A stretch of DNA of 64,000 bases from the NCBI GenBank assembly GCA_963701095.1, contig OY969564.1:544001-608000 (forward strand), read 5' to 3'. The notes below the pieces were generated by a model that saw only the letters and a list, made by a program, of their open reading frames with translations, was not told where the DNA came from and made no database searches. Made by a program: the position numbers and the translations under genes. Position 1 is the first letter of the stretch; each line of letters starts with the position of its first letter. The DNA is from an uncultured Methanoregulaceae archaeon. Lineage in GTDB: Archaea; Halobacteriota; Methanomicrobia; Methanomicrobiales; Methanospirillaceae. Below, piece after piece: positions 11,177 to 22,200 of the stretch.

Positions 11177-12217
11177 ATGGTAAAGGTGATAGCACCACCG
11201 TACTCCCGTGCTACTGGTGTGGGGGCCCTCCCGCATACCGACCCGGTGCTTGCGTGCGATGACGTTCTTAATGTGTTTCCCGAATTTCCCTATACACCGA
11301 CGCTTCCTGACCACGGATTGCTCGAAAGTATTGTTTTCAACGACGCAGCACAACTCCCGGGCCAGCTTATCCGCGAAGGCAGGTTGCTTTATGATAGTAA
11401 CCGGGATAACACCACTGCGATGGAACAGGTATACTTGGACTTTGTTGATAAGAATTTTTTACCTTACTGCCTCGATACCGATCATGCATCCGCATTTTGC
11501 GAGATGATGACCCGGCAATTCCCTCAGGCTACTATTCTAAAGTGCCAGGTAACCGGACCGGTCACTTTTGGGATGCAGGTTGTTGATGCCGACAAACGGC
11601 CTATCTATTACGATAGTCAGCTGGCAGACGTACTCTCCAAAATGATTGCTCTGAAAGCCCGCTGGTGTGAAAACGAAATGCTAGTACGGACCGGGATTAA
11701 AGAGACGTTAGTGGTACTTAACGAACCCTACTTTGCTTCGCTTGGATCCTCAGTTGTGCCGCTTGACCGTGGAACAGTTAAGGCAGGCTGGGAGGATATC
11801 GCGTCGCTTGTACAAGGTGGCCTTGGTGTTCATTGCTGCTCGAATACGGACTGGGAGTTTATTATCGGCCTCGACCCCTCAGTTATCTCTCTTGATGCCT
11901 ATGCAACAGCGACAGAATTCCTGCTTTACGTAGACGCAATTACGGGATATATGGAACGGGGGGGCGTTATTGCGTGGGGGATAGTACCTGCACAGTATAA
12001 GCTTTTTGCAGCTGAGACTGTAGATTCGCTCTATGCACGGTACCTTGCGATACGCACCCAGCTGACAAAGCACATCCCGGAAGAACTTTTTGATGCCCAA
12101 TCACTCATTACGCCTTCATGCGGGATCCGGTTTGCTGACCGGAATGGCGCAAATGAGATCCAAGGCGCTGCGGCTGAGATTTCCTGTCGGATCCGGGCTC
12201 TGACAAACCTTTCCTGA
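11177..12217 (+). CDS. Core (MetE C-terminal-like) methylcorrinoid-dependent methionine synthase, MesB-like
   Basis: ATGVGALPH.DP..AC, KCQVTGPVTFG, NEPY, GVHCCSNTDW, SLDAY, IAWGIVP, LITPSCG. Zn-ligand pattern His-x-Cys...Cys present. ~346 aa, with no N-terminal folate-binding half. Confidence 0.75.
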   Translation: MVKVIAPPYSRATGVGALPHTDPVLACDDVLNVFPEFPYTPTLPDHGLLESIVFNDAAQLPGQLIREGRLLYDSNRDNTTAMEQVYLDFVDKNFLPYCLDTDHASAFCEMMTRQFPQATILKCQVTGPVTFGMQVVDADKRPIYYDSQLADVLSKMIALKARWCENEMLVRTGIKETLVVLNEPYFASLGSSVVPLDRGTVKAGWEDIASLVQGGLGVHCCSNTDWEFIIGLDPSVISLDAYATATEFLLYVDAITGYMERGGVIAWGIVPAQYKLFAAETVDSLYARYLAIRTQLTKHIPEELFDAQSLITPSCGIRFADRNGANEIQGAAAEISCRIRALTNLS

Positions 12218-12229
12218 CACCTGATAATT

Positions 12230-12997
12230 ATGTCCACACACCCGTTTACCATTGCACTCTCCGGAAAAGGTGGTACCGGTAAGACTACGGTAAGTTCTCT
12301 TCTTGTTCGGTCTTTTATCGAAGCCGGTGAAATTCCGGTACTCGCTGTTGATGCGGACCCAAATGCAAACTTCCACGAGGCTCTGGGTGTTGAAGTGAAA
12401 GAGACGCTTGGCAGTATGCGGGAAGAAGCCTTTTCCCGGAACATCCCACCGGGTATGAACCGGCACGATTATGTGAGGTTCCGGTTCCGTCAGGCGCTCG
12501 TCGAATCCAACGGTTTTGATCTTGTTGCCATGGGCCGTCCTGAAGGTACGGGATGCTACTGTTTTGCAAACGATCTTCTCTCCGAATGTATGCTACAGCT
12601 TGAACGGCAGTACCGTTTTATTGTGATAGATACCGAAGCAGGAATGGAGCATATCAGCCGGGGCACAATTGGCAAGCCGGATATTTTGTTAATCGTGAGC
12701 GATCCTGGTGCACGAGGACTGCGGACAATTACCCGGATCCGTGAGATCGCTATACAGCTCGGGCTTGAACCTTCACGAATCCATGTTGTGTATAACCGGT
12801 ATAAATCGGGAGCAGCACCGGTGGATATAGGAAACGAACTTCCGATCGCGATAATTCCAGAAGATCCGGTAGTCGAGGCAGCCGATCTTGCAGCGACACC
12901 GGTATCACAGATTCCGGAATCAAGCCCGGCACGACGTGGGGTCCGTGCTCTGGCAGAAAAACTGATAAAAATGGCGTATACCCGAAGTGAGATATAG
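12230..12997 (+). CDS. cooC: CooC/AcsF-type Ni-insertion ATPase
   Basis: GKGGTGKTT, VDADPN, GRPEGTGCYC, DTEAGMEHISRG. Confidence 0.92.
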   Translation: MSTHPFTIALSGKGGTGKTTVSSLLVRSFIEAGEIPVLAVDADPNANFHEALGVEVKETLGSMREEAFSRNIPPGMNRHDYVRFRFRQALVESNGFDLVAMGRPEGTGCYCFANDLLSECMLQLERQYRFIVIDTEAGMEHISRGTIGKPDILLIVSDPGARGLRTITRIREIAIQLGLEPSRIHVVYNRYKSGAAPVDIGNELPIAIIPEDPVVEAADLAATPVSQIPESSPARRGVRALAEKLIKMAYTRSEI

Positions 12998-13049
12998 AAA
13001 ATGACATGAAATGGAGGAAATATGATAATTTTTTACAAAATTTTATTAT

Positions 13050-13592
13050 TTACAGGAAAACAGCCACGGCAATAACGGTCGTCCATAACCCGTTCTTATC
13101 ACCTTGTGCTGATTGACAGACATGTTTTGTGCGAATGATTTTACCGCTTGCCTTATATATCTGTTCACGTTCCTGCCAGGCAGCATTTGCATCAAATTCA
13201 ATACCCAGCGTTGTCGCAAGCATAGTCGCTGCAAGATCCTCGGCATATTCTCCTGTCCGTTCCTGGGTCTCACCATATGCATGGTGCTCGGAAAGATACC
13301 CATATTCTTCCACGTCTTTGGGTAGGGCAAGCCCGACAGCCGCAGAAACCAGACGGTTAGGTTCATTTGTTTCGTTCCTTGCCATTACACAGAAAGTAAT
13401 GCCACCAGACTGGAGTTCCCGCAGGCCGGTGGCGGACTGGATCTGTTTACATTTGGGAGGGAAAATGCTTGATACATACACAAGGTTACATTTTTCAATA
13501 CCAGCTTTACGAAGAGTGAATTCGAACGATGCAAGACGATCTTTATGGATTCCCACCCCCTTAGTGAAAAAGATCCTCTGAGGAACATACAT
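13050..13592 (-). CDS. pdaD: Pyruvoyl-dependent arginine decarboxylase
   Basis: [15 protein letters not shown]...[49 protein letters not shown]. Fused to the upstream HAD in the ORF track only through a frameshift. Confidence 0.9.
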   Translation of the reverse strand: MYVPQRIFFTKGVGIHKDRLASFEFTLRKAGIEKCNLVYVSSIFPPKCKQIQSATGLRELQSGGITFCVMARNETNEPNRLVSAAVGLALPKDVEEYGYLSEHHAYGETQERTGEYAEDLAATMLATTLGIEFDANAAWQEREQIYKASGKIIRTKHVCQSAQGDKNGLWTTVIAVAVFL

Positions 13593-13653
13593 AATTTTTA
13601 TAGCACCCATGTCTTTTTTTAATTTTTGGTTATTTTCATAAAAGAACTCATTT

Positions 13654-14402
13654 TCAGCAAGTTTGGTTTTTCCGGTCAGATCGGGGACATAAAACCGGCA
13701 TATCTTTGACGATGTTGAGAAGTTCTTCCATATGGTCGATGGTAAAATCGGCCCCAGTACTGTCCCGGGTTTTCGAAAACCGGTCCCGTACCGCGCATAA
13801 ACCGTACGGATACCGAGTTTTCGGCAGGGTTCAATGTCCCGGCGGGGACTGTCTCCAACAAAAAGAGCTTCGGAAGGTTTGGCACCAACAGCGTCCAAAG
13901 CGGCAAAGAACGGCTCATGTGCCGGTTTTTTGACTCCAATACGGTCAAAAGTCACCATTGTATCAAAAAAAGACAAAAGGCCACATTTATCAAGCCGAAT
14001 CCGGGCATCCGCATATTCCGCATCGGTTACAATTGCCATGGCGTACCCATGATCCCGAATGACCTCAAGTGTTTTTCTGACTCCGGGATAGGGCATAATG
14101 TTCCGGAGTTTTTCACGATGATAGATCCGGCAAGCATGCTCGAACATTCCGTTTGTCGGGATACGACGTTCCTCCATATATTGCCGGATATTTTCGGTCG
14201 ATTCAAAACCATGGGTGCTTTCGAGAAAATATAAAAACAACTCGTCGCCATCATCATGACCAAGATGACGCACCACCCCATCGCAAGCAGATATCTGGGC
14301 CCCCACAAGGTCAAAAAGAGTATTGTCCATATCAAATAGGATAGCAATGATACCCTTTTGAAAAAGGTTCTCATCCAGGGTAGTGTTATTCACACAGTAC
14401 AA
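13654..14402 (-). CDS. HAD-superfamily hydrolase; frameshift near 13786; start uncertain
   Basis: FDMDNTL, IVTD, KKP and VGDSPRRDI motifs. Restoring one G gives YGDRFSK...[12 protein letters not shown]...TC* ending at 13654. Confidence 0.85.
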
Positions 14403-14539
14403 TCCACTCCGTTAACTAAAATGGGATCGATTGAGGATTGCTCATCCTATTAGATTCTTGCAAAGCATCACTGCATTGCATATTTTTATTAATTACTATA
14501 GGCATGCAAGGCATACTCAAAGAATGTGGGGAGTAGTGT

Positions 14540-15059
14540 ATGAAATACTGGGGCAAATTAAAATCCAAATGGTACCTTTCGGCAATTCCTTTGGTAATTG
14601 TAGGTGCTTTCCTGTTTTTCCATCCGGGAACTGGAATTCATGGTAATTTAATACCTAACACAATAATCAGCCCCCAAGTTTCAAGCCCCGACGTTAATTC
14701 AGCACCCCAAAATCCGGTTCCTAATGTCGTCAACCCAAACGGAGGTTTTACAGGAAGTGGTGGCTCCTATCGCTCGGCAACTTCAGGTTCCGGGATACCG
14801 GAGGTAAATCCCCCAAACCCTAAGTCTTTACCACCAAACACAGTTCCGACTACGGATCCGACTTCTGTACTAACTACAGTACCAACTACAGTACCTACTA
14901 CGTTACCAACTACAGGTCCGACCTCGCTCCCAACTACAGGACCAACTACCGTTCCGACAACGACTCCGGATCCCCCCTCCCCAGTACCCTGAGTTCCCGA
15001 ATCTTATTGTGCCTGGCATCACACTCATGATTCTGGTTATTATTGTGAAAAAAATATAA
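14540..15059 (+). CDS. Thr/Pro-rich surface glycoprotein with PEF-CTERM-type sorting signal; frameshift near 14988
   Basis: N-terminal TM/signal and PTT repeats. Removing one C gives ...PVPEFPNLIVPGITLMILVIIVKKI* (PEF motif + TM helix + basic tail). Confidence 0.75.
14845..14965 (+). repeat. Imperfect 12-bp tandem repeat encoding PTT(V/G/L/D) linker
   Basis: Repeated CCNACTAC(A/G) units, e.g. ccaactacagta, ccaactacagga. Confidence 0.75.
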
Positions 15060-15305
15060 ACTAAAAGGACGAACGTAATTTTACTATAGCCAGATTTGTT
15101 AAGATATCCTTTGGAGTTTGATGAATTCTTCTAGTCAATTTTGCTGCAGAATTCTGCTACCAGATTATTATGTTGCTAATGCATGAAATAATACAAAACA
15201 ATAAAGTCTTTTAAATTTTTTTTTTACTGAAGAGTGATAGCTCATTATAAAAAATCCGGGTTCAGAAAAAAGAATGAAAGGGAGAGAATATCCTCTTGTC
15301 CAGCA

Positions 15306-16136
15306 TTACGGTAAGTCCTTTGACTGAACTACCGGGGATTTTTTTTGTTCATCGGTTAACGTTTTGGTAAGTGCAACCGTACCCGTTACGGTCCCAAGGT
15401 TCATTGTTTCAAGGGCGCTCGCCGGTACAAGGACAATAGTCGCATTTCCCGTCTTGAGCCCTTCATACAACATGTTCATGGCTCGAAGGTGGAGCGCTGT
15501 AGGGTTGTTTTCGTAGCTTTTTGCCGCCAGCTCAAATTTCTCTGCAATCTGACGCTCTGAGTCACCAAGAATGACCCGTGCCTGACGTTCGCGTTCCGCC
15601 TGAGCCTGCATTGACATTGCATCCTGAAGGGGACCGGGAATAATCACATCACGTATTTCAACAGAAAGGATCTTGATACCCCATCCGCTTACACGGCTCC
15701 CAATCAACCTCTGGAGTTCTGCGTCAGTCGCTTCCCTCCCGGTGAGCATATCTGAAAGGAAAGTTTTACCGATAACGTCCCGGAGCGCAGTCTGGGATGC
15801 CAGAGAAACCGATCCTTTGTAATCCTTGACTTCAAGTGCGGCCTTTTCGACATCAACCACCTGCCAGAATAATACTGCATCGACGTTGACCGGCACTGTA
15901 TCCTTGGTCAGGGTCTGTTCAGCATTGAACGATGTGGTAATGACCCGAAGATCAATCCAGTATGCAACACGACTCAGGAAAGGAACGATAAAGAAAAGTC
16001 CCGGCCCTTTGATACCGACAAATCTCCCCAGAAACAGGACCACGGCACGTTCCCACTGGTTGGCAATCTTGATCGCCATGACAAGGAGGATTATCAGAAT
16101 AATCAGAACGATAACAACTATAAATGTATAATCCAT
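15306..16136 (-). CDS. SPFH/band-7 (slipin/stomatin) family protein
   Basis: N-terminal TM; ERAVV..LGR, GPGLFF, QTLTKD.V.V.VDAV, QTALRDVIG, QAQAERERQA. Confidence 0.93.
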   Translation of the reverse strand: MDYTFIVVIVLIILIILLVMAIKIANQWERAVVLFLGRFVGIKGPGLFFIVPFLSRVAYWIDLRVITTSFNAEQTLTKDTVPVNVDAVLFWQVVDVEKAALEVKDYKGSVSLASQTALRDVIGKTFLSDMLTGREATDAELQRLIGSRVSGWGIKILSVEIRDVIIPGPLQDAMSMQAQAERERQARVILGDSERQIAEKFELAAKSYENNPTALHLRAMNMLYEGLKTGNATIVLVPASALETMNLGTVTGTVALTKTLTDEQKKSPVVQSKDLP

Positions 16137-16274
16137 ATGGTCAACCTTCCAGAACCGCCCGGCTGGAACTTATTGCCTGACAGTTAAAAGAGGGTACCTT
16201 TTTGAACATATATGCATGGTGATTGATCGGTTATTTCCGGACAACCACCGGCTTAAAAAGATTTCACCGGACCT

Positions 16275-19200
16275 TTACTGTGCTTTTTCGTAGCAGATCA
16301 GTGCTTCTTCGTGTTTGCCCAGTTTGTCGAGCGTGGAACCGACATCGTTCCAGACCTCTTTTCGCTGGGGATCGATTTCAAGGGCACGTTTGAATGACGT
16401 AAGCGCCTCCTGATATTTCTCCAGTTCCTGCAATGCCCGACCCTGGTGGATCCATGCATCGACAAAATCCGGCTGCAGGGCAATCATGGCACGGAACGAC
16501 TCTGCCGCATCCTCGAATTGGCCCAGAGCTTCAAAAGCGCTTCCCCGGGTAAAGTATGCAATCGAGAATGAGGGGTCAATAGCGAGCGCCCGGTCATAGT
16601 ATTCGATTGCACTCTTGTGATCGTTCATGCCGGCAAATGTCATACCCCGCCGGGTCCAGCCAACTGCATTTTCCGGATCCCGTTTAAGTCCTTCATCGTA
16701 CGCCTCCTGGGCTTCAGCAAATTTTCCGAGATCATAGAGGACATTTCCTTTACCAAACCATGCAGTCGCAAGATCCGGCTCTTTTTCAAGGGCTTTTTCA
16801 AATGCTTCAAGAGCGTCGCGGTACATGCCAAGCTCAGCAAGCGAGGTTCCTTTATGGGAGAATGCATCGGCACCATGGGTGTCAAGCTCTAATGCCCGGT
16901 CATAGGACTTGATGGCGTCACGATATTGTTCAACAGCCGCGTATGCCAAGCCACGGTCCCGGTAAAGGTCAGGAAAATCTGGTTTTATGCTGATAGCACG
17001 GTCATATTCCGTGATAGCTGCATCGAAGCTACCTTCATCATACAACGTTCGGGCCTTCAGGTGATGTGCCTGGTAGCAGGATGGGTTTATCTCCAATGCA
17101 CGATCGAATGCCCGTATCGCGCCATCGGGGTTCTGGAGCGCTAGGTACGTCTTTCCTTTCTGGAAGATAGCATCAGCATAACCGGGGCTTGCCGCCAGTG
17201 CCTGGTCGAAAATGGCAAGGGCATCCTTAAACTTACCCAGATGGTAAAGCGCCCTTCCCTTCTCATAGAGTGCCTCCGGGTAATCGCTTTTAATCTTGAG
17301 GGCCGAATCAAACGATGCAACTGCTTCCTCGTACTGTCCCCGGTGTATGAGGGCAATACCTTTGTAATAATAGGATTCCTCAAATTGCCGGTTTATGGCA
17401 AGGGCACGGTTGAACGCTTCGATTGCCTCATCATTCTGTTTCCGGTTCAGGTGGGCACGTCCTTTGTAATAGAATGCCTCAGCAGATTCCGGCTGGAGCG
17501 TCAGGACTTTTTCAATTGCAACAAGTGCTTCTCCGGTTCGTTCGAGGTGGATAAGCGCCCGTCCCTGGTTAAGAAGTGCCAGTGCATAGTTAGGATTGAG
17601 GGTAAGGGCATGGCTGTAACATTCCAGTGCCTCGTCGTACCGGTCAAGGTTTGCCTCGGCTATACCACGATAGAGCCATGCTTCAGGATATTCGTCCTTT
17701 TGGGCAAGTGCCCGGTCAAATGCGGAAATAGCCTCGTGGAACATTGAGACGCCGCAAAGAGCCCGCCCTTTTGCGTAGAAAGCCCGGGCACATTCCGGGT
17801 GCTGGATAAGGGCAGCATCAAAGTTCTTGATCGCTTCCTGATTCCGGCCTAATGCCCAGAAAGAAAGTCCGGCCTGGTAATAGGCACGTTCATCCTTCTT
17901 ATCAAGCGCAATCGCTTTTGTATAACTTATTATGGCGTCTTTGTGACGATCCTGTGCTGCAAGAGCCATGCCTTTCCCGGTCCAGATATACGCGTAGTTC
18001 GGGCGGAGACGGAGTGCATGGTCAAAGATAGTGACGGCATCTGCAGGCCGCTGTAACCGAAGGAGCGCCATACCTTTGTGGTATAATGCTTCGTCATGTT
18101 TGGGACTCAGGGTAAGGGTACTGTCATATGCAGAAACAGCCTCGCTGTACATTCCAAGCGCAAAAAGGGTCCTTCCCTTATAGTAATACGCATCTGAAAA
18201 CTCGGGTTTTAATGCGAGGGCACGATCGAACGCGGTAACAGCATCATCAAAAGTATCGAGCGCAAAATGGGCCCGGCCCATAAGGTACCAGGCATCAGCG
18301 TTTTGCTCATCGGTTTCCAGCGCCTTTTTGTACGAGTCTATAGCGTCACGGTACCTGCCGAGATCGAATAACACCATGCCCCGGTGAAGCAGGCCGGGAA
18401 TCGAACCTGGATCGGAACTGATAACGTGATCGAATGCTTCAATGGCAGCATCAAGTTTTCCTGTTGCTGAAAGGGAGATCCCTTTCCGGTAGAATGCGTC
18501 GTTATTACACTCATTGAGATTAATTTCCTTGTCAAAGGCAAGGATAGCCTCATCGTGCCTCCCAAGCTCTGCGAGGGCAAGACCTTTGTAAAAAAATACC
18601 CCGGAATAATTTTTATCTATGAGCAATGTCTTGTCAAAAGTCTTAACTGCCTCCCGGAACATCCCGAGTGTCGTAAGCGTTTTTCCTTTCTCGAAAAGTG
18701 CATCCGCAAAAACCGGATCAATTTCCAGAGCTGCATCGAATGCTTTTACCGCATCCTCAGTACGTCCGGTCTGCTCCAGCGCTATTCCCTTGTAATAATG
18801 GGTCTTTGCATCTGATGGCCGAAGCGTAAGAGCTGCTGCATAACTACTGACTGCCTCCCCGAATCTTCCGAGCAGGTCCAGCGATCGCGCTTTCTGGAAC
18901 TGCGCGTCGAAATGTTCTGGTACTAGGTTAAGCACCTGATCGAATGCAGCAATGGCATCCTCATAATGACCAAGCCGCGCAAGGACACAGGCCAGTTCGA
19001 ACCAAGCATCGGCATTTTCGGGACTGTACACCAAAAGACGGTCATACGATTCCGCAGCCTCCGCGTACCGTTCCATGGCAGCGAGGGAAGCCGCACGGAA
19101 ATAGAGAGCCCCGGCGTTTTTGGGATCCCCGTCGAGTGCAATATCCAGGGATTCGCACGCGTCCGCGTATTTTGCTGCATAGAAAAGCGCTCTCCCCCGT

Positions 19201-22200
19201 TCGAAACTGGCTACCGGATCTGAAGGTTCAAGTTCAAGCACACGATCAAACGAATTAATGGCTTCCTCATTTTTATTCAGCGCAGCTAAAGCCCGTCCTC
19301 TTTCAAGATAGGAGCGGGCATCATCAGGGCGAAGCGCAATCGCACGATCGAATGCGTTGACTGCAGTTTCGTAATGGCCGATATGCACCAACGCACCGCC
19401 TTTTTTAAACCAGATCTCAGGATCGTCAGCATTGAGGGAAAGTGCCGCGTCAAACGCCATATCCGCATCTTCGTATCGCTCCAGTGCGAGAAGCGACAGG
19501 CCCCGCAGGTAGGCGGGTTCGTAGTTGTCCGTCAGCTGGGTAAAGGCAAGCCTGAATATTTCCTGGGCTTCGTCATGTCGGCCAAGGGACGAAAGGGCTT
19601 TTGCTTTCTCGAAAAGGATTTCACCGTTACCGGGTTCCTTGCCAAGTGCGATATCAAAGAGATGAATTGCCTCTTCGAACTGCCCGAGCCGGGACCATGC
19701 TTTTCCATCAGTAAATAAAAGGGTTATGTCGTGGGGCTCGATCTGGCGGGCTTTTTCAAATGCTTGTACGGCATCATCGTCTTTACCAAGACACTCGGAA
19801 GCAAGACCGCGGTGATACCATGCCCCGAAATGATCTGTTTTTTGGGAAAGCATACGGTCAAATGCGGTGATTGCATCGGTAAATTGGCCGAGGCGTTCCT
19901 GTGCAAGACCAAGATAATAGGCTGCATCGTCAAACGATGCATCCAGTTCAAGGACCCGGCTAAACGAAGTAACCGCTTCTTTATCATGTCCGAGTTCGAG
20001 TAGAGCACGGCCATTTTCGTAATACATTTCCGGTTTCGTATCGTCATGGGAAATCGCCGCAAAAAATGCGTCGACAGCATCGTAGTAGTTGCCAAGACGG
20101 GACAATGCCACGCCTTTTTCGTAGTATGCGATATACTTGTTGCCGTCAATTTCCAATGCGTGGTTAAATGCGGTAACGGCTTCATCATAGTGCCGTAACC
20201 GGGAATGTGCACGCCCTCTGGCAAACCATGCATCGAAATTTGCCGGGTCAAGCCGGATCGCCGCGTCGAAGGTGGCAATGGCGTCGGCATATTTTTTCAG
20301 GTTCGAAAGTGCAATGCCTTTATTGAGAATCGCGCCGACACTAGATGCATTAATGGCAATCGCGGCATCAAACGCAATAATAGCGTCTTTATGTTTTCCA
20401 AGCCGGGCCAGTGCAAGTCCTTTCTCGAAATAAGCCACAGCAAAATTCGGGTCGATAGACGAGGCCATCTCAAATGCCTCGATTGCCTGTCGGTCCCGGC
20501 CAAGTTTGGCAAGCGCACTGCCTTTATCGTAATAGGCGCTTGCATATTTCGGGTTAATAGAAAGCGCCCGGTCAAAGGAGGGGATTGCTTCTTCAAATCT
20601 TCCCATACCGGAAAGTGCTACTGCCCGGTCATACCACCCGTTTGCATTGTTGGGTTTGAGTTCGAGGGCTTTTGTGAGCGCTTCAATTGCAGCCCGTAGA
20701 TTCCCTGCCGATAATAATGCACTTCCCTTCCTGAACCAAGCTGATGAACACGATGGATCTGCTGAAATGACCTGATCAAAACTGTCTATTGCTTCAGCAT
20801 ACCTGCGGAGACCGGCATAGGCTTTCCCCCTTCTGTATGAAGCTGCACTATCAGTCGGTGATAATGCAAGAGCGCGTTCGAATGATTCCAGTGCCTCCTC
20901 AGGGTGTTCCTGGTCAAGCAGGACAGTTCCCTTGAGAAGCCAGACCTCGGATTCATTATTTTCCAGGGAAAGGGACTGCTCCAACGTAACAAGAGCTTCG
21001 TCGGGCTTCGTAAGTTTAACCAGCATACGAGCCCTGTGATAGAGCACTTTAGCATTCTGGGAATCAAGTTCGAGGAGTTTGTCAAATGCCGCAAGTGCCT
21101 GTTTATATCGGCTCAACCCGGCATATGCAAGACCTGTGTGGAACAGCGCATCCCGTATTGAAGGATCATGATCGAGCGCCTGTTTAAACGATCGAATCGC
21201 TTTTTCATATTTTCCTAGAGTGAATAACGCGAGTCCCTTATGGTAATGGGCGTCGGCATGCTCAGGCACATACTGGATCGCTTGATCGAATGCCTCAATC
21301 GCTGCATCATATTTTTTTAACCGGGAAAGCGCCAGACCTTTTTTGAATGCTGCATCAGTGTAAGACTGTTCTAAACCGAGAACCAAGTCGTACGCCCGAA
21401 GTGCCTCTTCGTCATTGCCGATTAGGGCAAGTGCTTCCGCTTTATAGAACGCAGCATCAGCAGATTTGGGATCCAGCACAAGTGCCTGGTCAAACGCTGC
21501 AACTGCCGCTATTCCCTCTTTTTTAAAGTAGAGTGTCTCACCTTTTGCGAGCCAAATAAACGAGTTCTCCGGTTCGAAGGCGAGGGCTCTGTTGATAGCC
21601 TCGAGCGCTGTATCATACTTTTTCACCGCTATAAGGGATCGTCCACGGTAATAATGTATCACAGATGATTCAGGACCAAGTGTAAGGGCAAGGTCAAATG
21701 TTGCGGCGGCGTCCGGGAATCTTTCCAACATATAATAGGTGAGCGCTTTCCTGAACGCATAGTCCTGAAGGGAAGGAGCAAGATCCAGTGCACGTTCAAA
21801 AGCCGGGAGTGCTTCTCCGAATTGTTCCTGGTTGAAAAGGACCAGGCCTTTCTGGTACCATGCAGCTGTACAACTCTCGTCATGCACCAATGCCTGTTCA
21901 AAGGATTCCAAGGCTTCGTTATGTAGGGAAAGGTGGGCGTAAGCAATGCCTTTATAGTACCATGCAGCGGCATTTTTTTCCTCTATGGAAAGCAATTTGT
22001 CAAAGATACCAATGGCTTCCTCCCATCGTTCATTGTGCAGAAGAGATTTTCCTCGGTAGAAAAGGGTAAAGGGATCCTTTGCATTGCGTTTCTGGGCTTT
22101 TGCAAATGATTCTGCCGATTCCTTAAACCGGTTGAGCCGGTAAAGGGCGTATCCCTTGCATGAATATGCACGTGCATTTCCTTGATCATATTCAATAGCT

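Noticed and set aside
13050..14402. Apparent HAD hydrolase-arginine decarboxylase fusion (450-aa ORF)
   Set aside because: A single missing G near 13786 explains it. The corrected HAD stops at 13654 and pdaD has its own ATG at 13592.
14845..14965. CRISPR-like repeat array
   Set aside because: The 12-bp degenerate units lack spacers and are in frame within a Thr/Pro linker.
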